Of a stretch of 63,221 nt of DNA, positions 26,257 to 36,470 are shown in pieces. This stretch comes from an uncultured Mycoplasmatota bacterium (lineage in GTDB: Bacteria; Bacillota_I; Bacilli_A; RF39; UBA660). A program made the translations under genes and the position numbers. The stretch lies in contig CAMNSB010000001.1 of NCBI GenBank assembly GCA_946554325.1, positions 1 to 63,221 of the forward strand, read 5' to 3'. Numbering within the stretch: position 1 is the first letter of the stretch; the number at the start of each line of letters is the position of its first letter. The notes under the pieces were generated by a model, which had not been told where the DNA came from, did no database searches, and was given only the letters and a program-made list of their open reading frames with translations.

Positions 26257-26691
26257 ATGGAGAGAAGTTTGCGACAAGCAATTATTGTTGATCATTATCA
26301 AAATCCTTATCATAAGGGTTTAGTAGATGATGATAGAGGGGAATATATAAAAAATAATACGAATAGTGTTTCTTGTATTGATAATGTAGATATTATGTAT
26401 AAAATAAAAGATGGTGTGATTTTGGATATTTACTTTGATGGGGAAGCATGTGCTATTTCTACTAGTGCTACTTCTATTATGATTCACACCTTAATTGGAA
26501 AAACTGTGAAAGAGGCTAGAAGTTATTTAAAAAATTATGAGGCTATGATTGAGGAGAGACCCTATGATAAAGAACTACTTGGGGAACTAAATGCTTACGA
26601 AGAGATCTATTTGCAACCAAATCGTAAAAAGTGTGCATTGCTTCCTTTTGAATCGTTAAAAAAAGTATTGGATGAAATAGAAGAAAATTAG
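26257..26691 (+). CDS. sufU: SUF system NifU-family scaffold SufU
   Basis: IVDHYQNPYHKG, plus conserved Cys residues in ...VSCID..., GEACAIS and KKCALLP. Confidence 0.85.
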   Translation: MERSLRQAIIVDHYQNPYHKGLVDDDRGEYIKNNTNSVSCIDNVDIMYKIKDGVILDIYFDGEACAISTSATSIMIHTLIGKTVKEARSYLKNYEAMIEERPYDKELLGELNAYEEIYLQPNRKKCALLPFESLKKVLDEIEEN

Positions 26692-26722
26692 TTTATTTAT
26701 TATAGGAGGATTGTAAGAGAAA

Positions 26723-28030
26723 ATGGAAATTGTTGGACTAACAGAAGAAAATATTAAAAAAATCTCTTCTATAAAGAAAGAGAGTGATGAAATATTGAAG
26801 GGGCGTCTTCAAAGTTTTCGAAAGTTTCAAAAAATGGATTTGCCTGATTTTGGTCCTAGAATAGATATTGATTTTTCTAAAATTATTTATTATAAGTCTG
26901 GGGATGATCATCTTCGCAGTGATTGGAATCAGGTATTAAAGCCAATTGTAGATGAACTTGATACTTTGGGAGTTTTGGAGAGTGAAGCTCATTTAGATGG
27001 TATGGGGGTACAATATGAGAGTGAAGTTATTTATCATAATATGTTAGAAGAACTTAGGAGCAAGAATGTTATTTTTACCTCTATTGAAGATGGTATGAGG
27101 CGTTATCCCAATATTTTTGAGAAGTATTTTGGAAAAATTGTTTCTAATGGAGAAAATAAGTTTGCTGCTTTAAATGGTGCAGTTTTTAGTGGAGGAAGTT
27201 TTATTTATATTCCACCTCATACACATCTTGATAGACCTCTTCAAAGTTATTTTCGCATTAATAGTCGTAATATGGGACAGTTTGAACGTACTTTAATTGT
27301 GGTTGATGATGATAGTAGTCTTCATTATGTGGAAGGATGTACAGCACCTACTTATAGTGAGTCTTCTCTACATGCTGCTGTTGTTGAGATTCATGTAGGA
27401 CGTGGTAGTAAGTGTCGCTATTCTACTATCCAAAACTGGGCTTCTAATGTTTACAATTTAGTTACCAAACGTGCAGAAGTATTGGAAGATGGCGAAATGG
27501 AATGGATTGATGGAAATATTGGAAGTTATAAAACGATGAAATATCCTTGTTGTTTATTAAAGGGAGATCGTTCCCAAGGGACTTGTATTACTATTAGTGT
27601 TGCCTCATATTCTCAAGAACAAGATAGTGGAGCACGTATGATTCATTTGGGAAGGGACACGAAAAGCAACATTATTTCTAAGAGTATTGCTCAAAATGGG
27701 GGAAATGCAACTTATCGGGGAAAAGTATTGATTTCTAAAGATGCACTTGCTAGTGAAAGCATTGTGAAATGTGATACCTTAATACTAGATGAAAAATCTA
27801 AGAGTGATACCATTGTTACTAATTCTTGTCATAATAAAAGTAGTAATATTGAACATGAAGCGACTGTTTCTAAAATTAGTGATGATAATTTGTTCTATTT
27901 AATGAGTCGTGGTATTTCTAAAGAAGAAGCGATGGAGCTTATTGTTCTTGGATTTTTAGAAAAATTTCGATCTGAACTACCAATGGAATATGCTGTAGAA
28001 CTAAATCAATTAATTAAAAGAAATTTATAA
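26723..28030 (+). CDS. sufB: Fe-S cluster assembly protein SufB
   Basis: HYVEGCTAP and FYLMSRGISKEEA motifs. Confidence 0.9.
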   Translation: MEIVGLTEENIKKISSIKKESDEILKGRLQSFRKFQKMDLPDFGPRIDIDFSKIIYYKSGDDHLRSDWNQVLKPIVDELDTLGVLESEAHLDGMGVQYESEVIYHNMLEELRSKNVIFTSIEDGMRRYPNIFEKYFGKIVSNGENKFAALNGAVFSGGSFIYIPPHTHLDRPLQSYFRINSRNMGQFERTLIVVDDDSSLHYVEGCTAPTYSESSLHAAVVEIHVGRGSKCRYSTIQNWASNVYNLVTKRAEVLEDGEMEWIDGNIGSYKTMKYPCCLLKGDRSQGTCITISVASYSQEQDSGARMIHLGRDTKSNIISKSIAQNGGNATYRGKVLISKDALASESIVKCDTLILDEKSKSDTIVTNSCHNKSSNIEHEATVSKISDDNLFYLMSRGISKEEAMELIVLGFLEKFRSELPMEYAVELNQLIKRNL

Positions 28031-28061
28031 AACTTGTCTATTACGATAGATTAAGTTTTTT
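28031..28061 (+). terminator. Intrinsic terminator of the suf operon
   Basis: AACTT-CTAT ... ATAG-AAGTT stem followed by a T-run. Confidence 0.65.
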
Positions 28062-28184
28062 AATTTGTGTAATTCCTTGTGACTTTTTTTAAATTCGTCA
28101 CTTTTTTTTTATCAATTTGTTATTTTGGCGATTTGTCTTTTTTTTAAAGTCTCGCTATGATACCTGCTAGAAAGGAGGGAGTTT

Positions 28185-28517
28185 ATGTTAAATCAAGTTG
28201 TTTTAGTGGGACGTTTGGTGCGAGATTTTGAAATTCATATGACTGATAAAAATAAAAAAGTAGCGACTATTACACTTGCTGTACCTAGAAGTTTTAAAAA
28301 CTTAGAAGGAATATATGAGACTGATTTTGTGGATTGTACTTTATGGGATCTTAATGCTGTAAATACCAAAGAATTTTGCAAAAAAGGTGATATTTTGGGA
28401 CTTCGAGGAAGAATTCAGTCACGTACTTTTGAAAATGATGAACACCGTGAAACAAAGTTAGAAATTGTTGGAGAAAAGGTTACTTTTCTATCATCTAATC
28501 CAAAAGAGAAAAAATAA
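28185..28517 (+). CDS. ssb: Single-stranded DNA-binding protein, short form lacking the acidic tail
   Basis: OB-fold pattern MLNQVVLVGRLVRD...LAV...DFVDCTLW...GRIQSRTFE. Confidence 0.8.
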   Translation: MLNQVVLVGRLVRDFEIHMTDKNKKVATITLAVPRSFKNLEGIYETDFVDCTLWDLNAVNTKEFCKKGDILGLRGRIQSRTFENDEHRETKLEIVGEKVTFLSSNPKEKK

Positions 28518-28594
28518 AGTTTCTTATTAGTTAACTTTAAAGAAATTGAATCTTAGTATCTTTATAATGAAGTTGGGGAATGCTATTAGAGGTG

Positions 28595-28954
28595 ATGAAT
28601 TTGGTTTTAGGAAAAAGAATCAAAGAGTTGCGAAAAGAGCGTGGTTTAACTCAACAACAGTTAGGTGATAATATTAACGTAACAAAAGTTAGTATTTGTT
28701 GTTATGAGAAAGGAACTAGGAGTCCAACTCTTCAAACATTAATAGATTTAGCAGAATTCTTTGGTGTTGAAATTACCTATTTTTTAGGAATGGATCATTA
28801 TGTTGTTGCAGATAGTGATACTTCTTATCAAATACCAATGAGTGCTGAAGAGATTCAATTTATTATGGAAATTAGGAAAAATGATAGGCTGCATCAGCAA
28901 CTTATTGAAAATCCTAGTAGACTATTACAGTTAATTAATAAATATGTGAAATAG
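28595..28954 (+). CDS. XRE-family HTH transcriptional regulator
   Basis: LGKRIKELRKERGLTQQQLGDNINVTKVSICCYEKGTRSPTLQTLIDLAEFFGV. Confidence 0.85.
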   Translation: MNLVLGKRIKELRKERGLTQQQLGDNINVTKVSICCYEKGTRSPTLQTLIDLAEFFGVEITYFLGMDHYVVADSDTSYQIPMSAEEIQFIMEIRKNDRLHQQLIENPSRLLQLINKYVK

Positions 28955-28956
28955 GG

Positions 28957-28990
28957 TAAATGATTTTGTTGTCATTTATCTTTTCTTTTA
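28957..28990 (+). terminator. Intrinsic terminator
   Basis: TAAATGA ... TCATTTA stem followed by a T-rich tract. Confidence 0.55.
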
Positions 28991-29016
28991 TTATAATTAA
29001 ATGGTAGGAGGCTTAT

Positions 29017-30243
29017 ATGATAAAAGATATTATTAATAAAAAAAGAGTGGGAGAAGAGCTTTCACGATCAGAGTTAGAAGAAGCTTTTTTAGGATATTTA
29101 AAGGGAAGTGTTTTGGATTATCAAATGTCTTCTTTACTTATGGCTATTTGTATTCAAGGGATGAGTTTGGAAGAGACTTTTATTCTAACTGATTTATTTT
29201 TAAATAGTGGGGATCAGTTGGATTTTTCTAATATACCTGGTATTAAAGTGGATAAACATTCCACAGGTGGTGTTGGGGATAAAACTACTTTAGTTGTTGT
29301 ACCAATTGTTGCATCTTGTATGGTTCCAGTTATTAAGATGAGTGGAAGAGGACTTGGATATACGGGGGGGACTATAGATAAACTAGAGTCTATTCCAGGA
29401 TATAAAACAGAGCTTTTAGAAGATGAGATTATGAAGCAAGTGGGGGATATTTATGCTGTCATGATGGGACAGACTGGAGAACTATGTCCACTTGATAAAA
29501 AAGTTTATGCCCTTCGTGATGTGAGTGGAACAACAGATTCTATTCCTTTAATTGCATCATCTATTATGAGTAAAAAAATAGCTGGTGGGGCAGATAAGAT
29601 TTTAATTGATATTAAAGTTGGATCTGGAGCTTTTATGAAAACTTTAAAAGATGCAGAGGATCTTTCTGATATTATGATTCAAATTGGAGAAAAGTATGGG
29701 AGGGAGACTAGGACTATTATTTCTGATATGAATACTCCACTTGGAAGGATGGTTGGAAATGGGTTAGAAGTAGAGGAAGCAATGGATGTATTACAAGGAA
29801 AAGAAAAAGGTTCTTTTTATGATCTTTGTGTAGAGCTTGCTAGTCAAATGGTTAGTATGGGAAAAGATATTTCGGTAAGTGATGCTAAGATTATGGTAGA
29901 AGATAGTATTATATCAGGGCATGCTTATCAGAAGTTTTTAGATATTGTTTCTTATCAAGGTGGAAGAATGGATGAGTTTTCTGTTAGTCAGAATGTTTTA
30001 GAGATTTCATCAGAGGTTTCTGGAGTTGTTCAAAGTATTGATGCGTTAGAGGTTGCGAAGCTTTCTTGTTTGCTAGGAGCTGGTAGACTTACTAAGGAGG
30101 ATAAAATTGATCCTGGAGTAGGAGTTTACTTAAATGTTTTAGTTGGGGATAAGGTAGAGATTGGAGATGTTCTTTTATGTCTTTATTTAAAAAGTGATGA
30201 TAAGGGGGAATATGATATTTCAAAAATTTTTGAAATAAAATAA
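29017..30243 (+). CDS. pdp: Pyrimidine-nucleoside (thymidine) phosphorylase
   Basis: DKHSTGGVGDKT and SGRGLGYTGGTIDKLES motifs. Confidence 0.92.
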   Translation: MIKDIINKKRVGEELSRSELEEAFLGYLKGSVLDYQMSSLLMAICIQGMSLEETFILTDLFLNSGDQLDFSNIPGIKVDKHSTGGVGDKTTLVVVPIVASCMVPVIKMSGRGLGYTGGTIDKLESIPGYKTELLEDEIMKQVGDIYAVMMGQTGELCPLDKKVYALRDVSGTTDSIPLIASSIMSKKIAGGADKILIDIKVGSGAFMKTLKDAEDLSDIMIQIGEKYGRETRTIISDMNTPLGRMVGNGLEVEEAMDVLQGKEKGSFYDLCVELASQMVSMGKDISVSDAKIMVEDSIISGHAYQKFLDIVSYQGGRMDEFSVSQNVLEISSEVSGVVQSIDALEVAKLSCLLGAGRLTKEDKIDPGVGVYLNVLVGDKVEIGDVLLCLYLKSDDKGEYDISKIFEIK

Positions 30244-30251
30244 AAAAATGT

Positions 30252-30279
30252 TCGACAAATGGAATATTTGTGGTATAAT
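30252..30279 (+). promoter_or_regulatory. Sigma-A-type promoter (TCGACA - 16 nt - extended -10 TGgTATAAT) for the adhesin-sortase operon
   Basis: Read directly. TTCGACA is also a reverse Spo0A-box-like heptamer. Confidence 0.5.
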
Positions 30280-30311
30280 AAGTTCATATGAATGTGAGGT
30301 TAGGTGAGTTT

Positions 30312-31769
30312 ATGTCAAAAAGAAAGAATAAAAAAAGAACGATTGATGCAATGAGTGCAGCATTATTTTTCTTTGCTGCATCTGTTATGATGTTTGTAGG
30401 TGTTACTGGGGTAATGCATATTGGGACATCTTATGCTATAGGGGAGAGTACTGGAAGTGGAGTGCCAGATAAGATTACTTTAGCTAGTAAACCAATTGAT
30501 CCTATAGTTCAATTAATTATGGGAGAAGGCGATCAAAATTATCCGATTACTTATAGTACAGATTTTCAAGGAAAAGATGCCTCAGGAGAATTTTATCATT
30601 TGTATTGTTTAGAGAAAAATAAAACTATGCCAACAGATCCTGATACTTATGTTAGAGATCAGGCATTAACTGATAAACTTGTCGATGCTGGTATTACTTA
30701 TATTGTTACACATGCTTATCCTTATGATAATACTTTTATGAGTGATGAAACGGTTAATATAAGAAAAGCGGTGACTCAATGGGCAATTTGGTCTTATTTG
30801 AATGATACAGGTAAAACTTTATCTGATGCTGATAAGATTACAGATCCAGATGAGATTTATGCTCTTAACAGAACTGATAGTAAGTATGCTAAGATTATTA
30901 GAGATCTTGTTACTAAGGCAAAGACAGCTAAGGATGAGTCTAGTGATGGTTTATTTGTATATCCTGCATGGAGTGAGGGTTATCATATTACGGATGATGG
31001 AAAGTTCCTTGAATCTATTGGGTACCTTTTTGCAGATGGGTTTGGTTCTGAACTTACCAGTTATAAAGTTCAAGTTAATGACGGTGATATAGGTGTTACT
31101 TTTGTTGATAAGAATGGTGTTGAATATGCTAACGGTTCTACTTTGCCTTCTTCTGCTCAAATTAGACTTCGTATTCCAATGGAAAAGTTAAAAAATCTTG
31201 GTAATAATACTATTAATTTTTCAGTTACAGTAACTGCTTATTATAGCCATAAGAAAGTTTATGCTTATAAAAACGAAAATAATCCTGCTGCTCAGACTGC
31301 TTTAATTCCTGAGTTTTATACTACTACTAGTGAGACCAAGATGGAGATTCCTCCAATTGAAATACCAACAGGAAAAGTTAAGATTAGCAAACAAGATATT
31401 ACTACTTCTAAGGAATTAGCTGGTGCAACTATGGTTATTAATGATTGTAATGGTGAGATTGTTGCTAAATGGGTTTCTAGTGATAAACCATATGAAATTG
31501 ATGCTTTACCAGTAAATGAGTCTACTTGTAGATATCGATTATCAGAATTAGAAGCACCTAAGGGTTATGAACTTAGTAAAGAAGTAATTGAGTTTGATGT
31601 TAAGAATGATGGTTCTGTTACAGAATTAGTATATAAAAATAATCCACTTACCCCAACACCTGATACTGGATTAAATATTCCATTTACTGTTTATATAGCA
31701 GGAGGAATTATCCTAATTTGTGGTATAGCGATTATTTATGCAAGTGTTAAACCAAAGAAAGAAAACTAA
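30312..31769 (+). CDS. Cell-wall-anchored surface adhesin with a thioester (TQXA) domain and a SpaA/Cna-B-type fold
   Basis: Signal peptide. LYCLE Cys motif and VTQWAIW (TQxA-I/V-W) motif. GKVKISKQD...LSELEAPKGYEL region. C-terminal PTPDTG + TM helix + KPKKEN sorting signal. Confidence 0.8.
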   Translation: MSKRKNKKRTIDAMSAALFFFAASVMMFVGVTGVMHIGTSYAIGESTGSGVPDKITLASKPIDPIVQLIMGEGDQNYPITYSTDFQGKDASGEFYHLYCLEKNKTMPTDPDTYVRDQALTDKLVDAGITYIVTHAYPYDNTFMSDETVNIRKAVTQWAIWSYLNDTGKTLSDADKITDPDEIYALNRTDSKYAKIIRDLVTKAKTAKDESSDGLFVYPAWSEGYHITDDGKFLESIGYLFADGFGSELTSYKVQVNDGDIGVTFVDKNGVEYANGSTLPSSAQIRLRIPMEKLKNLGNNTINFSVTVTAYYSHKKVYAYKNENNPAAQTALIPEFYTTTSETKMEIPPIEIPTGKVKISKQDITTSKELAGATMVINDCNGEIVAKWVSSDKPYEIDALPVNESTCRYRLSELEAPKGYELSKEVIEFDVKNDGSVTELVYKNNPLTPTPDTGLNIPFTVYIAGGIILICGIAIIYASVKPKKEN

Positions 31770-32418
31770 AAGAATAAGTAAGAGTCAACTATTATTGATT
31801 GGCTCTTTCCTTGTATTTATTGGGGTAGTGTGTATATCTTGGAATCATTTAAAGACTTTGCGTGAGCAAATATTTGAAGATGTTCGTATTCAACTTTTGG
31901 ATGGTTCTATTGATACTAGTGATAATAAAAATGATAATGTGTATACACCAGATGTAGAGAATATTGATCAGAATAATCAGCAAACTAATCCACCTAGTGA
32001 GAAACCAAAAAAAAAGAATTATAATTATATTGGTTATTTAGAAATTTCTCGAATAGGATTAAAGCGTGGATTTGTTGATAAGAATTCTAAATATAATGAT
32101 GTGAATTATAATATTATGATTGCAAGTAATTCTAATTATCCAGATGAGAAGAATGGGAATTTTATTTTGATGGGACATTCTGGTGATGCTTATATTTCAT
32201 ATTTTGCTAATCTTTATAAGTTAAATATGGGTAATATTGCGAAAGTTACCTATAAGGGTGAAGTATATAAATATAAGCTTGTGAAGATTGAAGAACAACC
32301 TAAAACAGGAATGGTTGCGATTCATAGAGATAACTACAATACAAAAGCATTAACTCTTATTACTTGTACCAAAGATAATGATACGACACAGACGATTTAT
32401 ATTTTTGAATTAGTGTAA
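31738..32418 (+). CDS. Sortase
   Basis: N-terminal TM helix, GNFILMGHSG His motif and LTLITCT catalytic Cys motif. Confidence 0.85.
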   Translation: MQVLNQRKKTKRISKSQLLLIGSFLVFIGVVCISWNHLKTLREQIFEDVRIQLLDGSIDTSDNKNDNVYTPDVENIDQNNQQTNPPSEKPKKKNYNYIGYLEISRIGLKRGFVDKNSKYNDVNYNIMIASNSNYPDEKNGNFILMGHSGDAYISYFANLYKLNMGNIAKVTYKGEVYKYKLVKIEEQPKTGMVAIHRDNYNTKALTLITCTKDNDTTQTIYIFELV

Positions 32419-32431
32419 GAGGAGGAGTTGT

Positions 32432-33022
32432 ATGTCTTTAAATATATTTGAAAAGATAAGTTATGCATTTCAGTCAATATTCTCCTCTTTTATGTCTATT
32501 GAACTCTTTATTATTGGCTTTTTATTATTTATATTTTTTGCTATTAATATTAATAAAAATGAAAAAATAATTAAAACGTTTGCTGTTTGTTTGTATTTGT
32601 TATTCTTCTTTTTAATTTGTTACTTTTATTCTGATTATACAGCTCAAAGTATTGATGGTGTTATTAAATATATTATGCATTATATTTATTTTCCTTCTCT
32701 TGCTATGTATTTTGTTATTATGGTGTTTGTTACGATTGGTATTTTTTATACGATGTTTAGTAAAAAGATTAGTAAATTTTTGAAATATGTGAATACTTCT
32801 GTATTTGGGCTTCTCTATATTTTCTATATTCAGGTAATTGGACAAGTTGCAGATAATCGGATCTATTTTACTACGGATGTTTCTATTTATAGGAATGAGT
32901 CTATTTTATGTTTTATTCAGGTAAGTAATTTGATTTTATTCCTTTGGATTATTTTTATTCTATTTTATGTCTTTTATCAGTTCTGTAAGAGAAAGTATAG
33001 TGAGAGATTTGATATTACTTAG
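32432..33022 (+). CDS. Hypothetical multi-pass membrane protein
   Basis: Five hydrophobic segments. RBS GAGGAGG. Confidence 0.5.
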   Translation: MSLNIFEKISYAFQSIFSSFMSIELFIIGFLLFIFFAININKNEKIIKTFAVCLYLLFFFLICYFYSDYTAQSIDGVIKYIMHYIYFPSLAMYFVIMVFVTIGIFYTMFSKKISKFLKYVNTSVFGLLYIFYIQVIGQVADNRIYFTTDVSIYRNESILCFIQVSNLILFLWIIFILFYVFYQFCKRKYSERFDIT

Positions 33023-33845
33023 TTTTGTTATTTTCCATTGCACAATATTCATCAAAAGTGATATTGTGTTTTTTTATGTGTGTTGCTATTTTTTTTCCTA
33101 CGTAACGATAATGCCATGCTTCATAAGTGTATCCAGTGATAAACTCTTTTTTTTCTGGATAACGAAGAATAAAACCATATTTGTGAGCGTTTTTTTTCAT
33201 CCACTCAAATTCTTTTGTTTTTCCAAAGTCTTCATAAGATAATACCTCATTATCAATATCTATTACGAGTCCTGTTTGATGTTCTGAAAAGCCTGGACGT
33301 GCAGAATACTTATCGGCTTTCTTTTTACCGTCTTGCCTTTCATATCGTTCATATAATTTTTTTTGATACTGATAACTTCGGTAGCTAGAAATTACTCTTA
33401 TTTTCATTCCTTCTTTTCTTATATCTTCTGCCATTTTTTTATAAGCTTCTGCTGCTTTATCGACTAAATACATCCCAGGTTTACTATATCCTTCGTAAAC
33501 TTCTGTTAAGTTTTCTGGAATGTAGTCTTCTTTTAAGTAATGATATTTATTTACTAAAACTTTTGGTGTTTGTTTGTTAGGTGCTGGTTTTGTATTTTGG
33601 TAGTAATCATTATCTAGACCGATGTTTACTTCTGTGATGACCCTTTTTAATGGTAGTTTTTTATTTTTTAAATGATAGGAAACATAACGGTCAATATAGT
33701 CGTAATTAAAAAATGATATATTTTTATTAATATAGTTTAATGTTTCTAATCTTTTATCTTCTTTTTTTGTATCTTCTCTGAGAGCCAGTAAGATTGCTAG
33801 AACAATCATAAGTATAATTACTATATAAATTATAATGTTTTTCAT
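33015..33845 (-). CDS. VanY/M15B-family D-alanyl-D-alanine carboxypeptidase
   Basis: SSYRSYQYQ, SEHQTGLVIDI and EAWHYRYVG motifs. N-terminal TM anchor. Confidence 0.88.
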   Translation of the reverse strand: MKNIIIYIVIILMIVLAILLALREDTKKEDKRLETLNYINKNISFFNYDYIDRYVSYHLKNKKLPLKRVITEVNIGLDNDYYQNTKPAPNKQTPKVLVNKYHYLKEDYIPENLTEVYEGYSKPGMYLVDKAAEAYKKMAEDIRKEGMKIRVISSYRSYQYQKKLYERYERQDGKKKADKYSARPGFSEHQTGLVIDIDNEVLSYEDFGKTKEFEWMKKNAHKYGFILRYPEKKEFITGYTYEAWHYRYVGKKIATHIKKHNITFDEYCAMENNKTK

Positions 33846-33932
33846 GATATCACCTATTATAATATATAAGTCTTGTTGTAAATTTAGAATAGTTTATTGT
33901 TTGTTGTCATAAAAAATTATAGGAGGGTAGTT

Positions 33933-35078
33933 ATGAAAAAGTTATTATTGCTTTTTGGTTTTTTGGTATTTTTATTTCCTATTACTGTAAAGGCAGAGGA
34001 TTTAATACCTAATGCTACTAGTGGACTTTTGATGGAGGCTTCTACTGGTAAAATTATATTTGAAAAGGATAAAAATAAAGAAGTTCCTGTTGCCTCTATG
34101 ACAAAGATGGTGGCACAAATTATTATTTTGGAAAATATTGAGTCTGGTAAAATTAAATGGGATGATATTATTGAAGTCAGTCGTAATGCGTCTGAGATGG
34201 GTGGTTCACAGATTTACTTAGAACCTGGTGAAAAGATGACAGTAAAAGAGCTTTTTAAGGGAATTTCGATGGCAAGCGCCAATGATGCTACTGTACAAAT
34301 GGCTGAAGTGATTGGTGGAAGTGAACAGGGGTTTGTTAAACTTATGAATCAGAAAGTGAAGGAATTGGGACTTAAAAATACACATTTTGAAAATTGTACT
34401 GGACTTGATCAAGATGGACATTATTCGAGTGCTTATGATATGGGAATGATTGCAAGAGAACTTTTATCGCACGAAGAAATTCTTAATTTTTCTTCTGTTT
34501 ATGAAGATTATTTAAGACAGAATACAGAGAAAAAGTTTTGGTTAGTGAACACAAATAAGTTAGTACGTTTTTATGAAGGAGCAGATGGTCTTAAGACTGG
34601 TCATACAGATGCTGCAAAGTATTGTTTAGCAGCGACAGCAAAAAGGAATGGTATGCGACTAATTGCTATCGTACTTGGAGAAGAAGTATCTAAAGTTCGT
34701 AATGCAGAGACTATTTCTCTTCTTGATTATGGATTTAATACAGTAAAGGTACAAATGCTAAAGACTAAGGGTGAAAAGATAGAAGAGATTCCTATTGAAA
34801 AGGGGAGTAAAAATAAAATTGAACTTGTTACAGAGAATGATGTATCTGTTCTTCAAGATAAGGGAACAAAAGATAAGAAATATACCATTCAAACTAATAT
34901 AGATAAAATAAAACTTCCTGTAAAGAAGGGGCAAACACTTGGAAGTATTACTGTTTTGGATAAGGGAAAAGTAGTTACGAAGCAGAATTTGATTTCTAAA
35001 AATTCGATTGATAAACTTAGTTATTTTCAACTTGTTCTTCATACACTAAGAAAAGCAGTGACAGGGGATATTAATTAG
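33933..35078 (+). CDS. Serine-type D-Ala-D-Ala carboxypeptidase (S11, DacB/DacF-like)
   Basis: Signal peptide and the ASMTKM (SxxK), SANDA (SxN) and KTGHT (KTG) motifs. Confidence 0.88.
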   Translation: MKKLLLLFGFLVFLFPITVKAEDLIPNATSGLLMEASTGKIIFEKDKNKEVPVASMTKMVAQIIILENIESGKIKWDDIIEVSRNASEMGGSQIYLEPGEKMTVKELFKGISMASANDATVQMAEVIGGSEQGFVKLMNQKVKELGLKNTHFENCTGLDQDGHYSSAYDMGMIARELLSHEEILNFSSVYEDYLRQNTEKKFWLVNTNKLVRFYEGADGLKTGHTDAAKYCLAATAKRNGMRLIAIVLGEEVSKVRNAETISLLDYGFNTVKVQMLKTKGEKIEEIPIEKGSKNKIELVTENDVSVLQDKGTKDKKYTIQTNIDKIKLPVKKGQTLGSITVLDKGKVVTKQNLISKNSIDKLSYFQLVLHTLRKAVTGDIN

Positions 35079-35153
35079 TCTCCTTTTCTATTGGAATTAA
35101 AATAAGTATTGAGGAGAGATTATGTTATAATGATTGAAGAGGAGTCGTGAAAT

Positions 35154-35423
35154 ATGAAAACAAATTTGAGTACGATACCAAATGTAGGGCCGAAAACGAA
35201 AGAGTGTCTCATCAAAATGGGTATTACTTGTGTAGAAGACTTAAAAGGAAAGGACCCAGAAAAACTTTACAGATAAGACTGTGAGATAAAAGGGTTCGAA
35301 GAAGATTTATGTCAGTTGTATTTATTTCGTATGGCAGTTTATTATGCAGAATATAAAAAGCATGATAAAGAAAAATTAAAATGGTGTTACTGGAAAAATA
35401 AAAAACATCATAACGAAATGTGA
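35154..35423 (+). pseudogene. Helix-hairpin-helix (Cdd1/pathogenicity-locus-like) small protein with an in-frame TAA at 35274-35276
   Basis: MKTNLSTIPNVGPKTKECLIKMGITCVEDLKGKDPEKLYR*DCEIKGFEEDLCQLYLFRMAVYYAE... reads through in a single frame. Confidence 0.55.
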
Positions 35424-35431
35424 GTGGTAGT

Positions 35432-36448
35432 ATGGAAATAGAAAAAGAAGTTCTAGAAAGAACAAGAGTTGACTTTGGAAAGTTAATAAATTATGGATTC
35501 CAAAAGAAAAATGGAATGTATTATTATTCGAAAATTTTTATGGATGGGTTTCGAGCAGAGATTACCGTAGATAGCAAAGGAGAACTTATTGGAAAGGTCT
35601 ATGATTTAGCGATGGAAGAAGAATATATTAATTTTCGGATTGAAAGCCAAGTGGGTGAGTTCGTAAGTAATGTTCGAAAATCATATAAAGAATTGTTAGA
35701 AGAAATCAAAGCACATTGCTTTAAAAATGTCTATTTTGTAAGTAGTCAAGCAAACCGTATTGCAGACTCTATTATAAAACTCTATCATGATGAACCTCTT
35801 TTCCCTTGGGAGTCTGAGGGGCATGGGGTTTTTAAAAATCCAGATAATGAAAAATGGTATGGCCTAATTATGTATGTGGATAGAAGTAAAATCGATAAAA
35901 AGAAAAAAGGAAAAGTAGAGGCAATCAATTTAAAACTTTCACCTAAAAAGATTTTAGAACTATTGAAGAAAGATGGCTTTTATAAAGCCTATCATATGAA
36001 TAAGAAAAACTGGATTACCATTATTTTAGATGATACTGTAGATGATGAAGAAATTATGGAGTACATAGCAGAAAGTCACAGGTTTACAGAGACTACTTCT
36101 AGTTGGCTAATACCAGCAAATCCTAAGTTTTATGATGTGATTTCTTATTTTAATGAGAAAGATACCATATTGTGGAGGGAACCAAAAGGAGTAAAAATAG
36201 GGGATAAAGTCTATCTCTACCTAGGTGCTCCTTATTCTGCTATTCTTTACAAGTGTGAAGTAATAGAGACTGGTATTCCTTATCAGTATCAAGATGAAAA
36301 TTTGAATATGACTAAAACTATGAAGATAAAACTAGTAAAACGTTATGAAAAAGAAGAGTATCCTTTTCATAAATTAAAAGAGTATGGTGTGAGGGCAATT
36401 AGAGGGCCAAGACATATGACAGAAAGTCTAGAAAAAGTGATGGACTAA
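35432..36448 (+). CDS. MmcQ/YjbR-family DNA-binding domain fused to a C-terminal PUA-like (EVE/ASCH-like) domain
   Basis: KWYGLIMYV...AYHMNKKNWITIILDD (YjbR pattern), then WLIPANPKFYDV...KIGDKVYLYLG. Confidence 0.6.
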   Translation: MEIEKEVLERTRVDFGKLINYGFQKKNGMYYYSKIFMDGFRAEITVDSKGELIGKVYDLAMEEEYINFRIESQVGEFVSNVRKSYKELLEEIKAHCFKNVYFVSSQANRIADSIIKLYHDEPLFPWESEGHGVFKNPDNEKWYGLIMYVDRSKIDKKKKGKVEAINLKLSPKKILELLKKDGFYKAYHMNKKNWITIILDDTVDDEEIMEYIAESHRFTETTSSWLIPANPKFYDVISYFNEKDTILWREPKGVKIGDKVYLYLGAPYSAILYKCEVIETGIPYQYQDENLNMTKTMKIKLVKRYEKEEYPFHKLKEYGVRAIRGPRHMTESLEKVMD

Positions 36449-36470
36449 ATATTTTATTGGGAGTGAGAAG

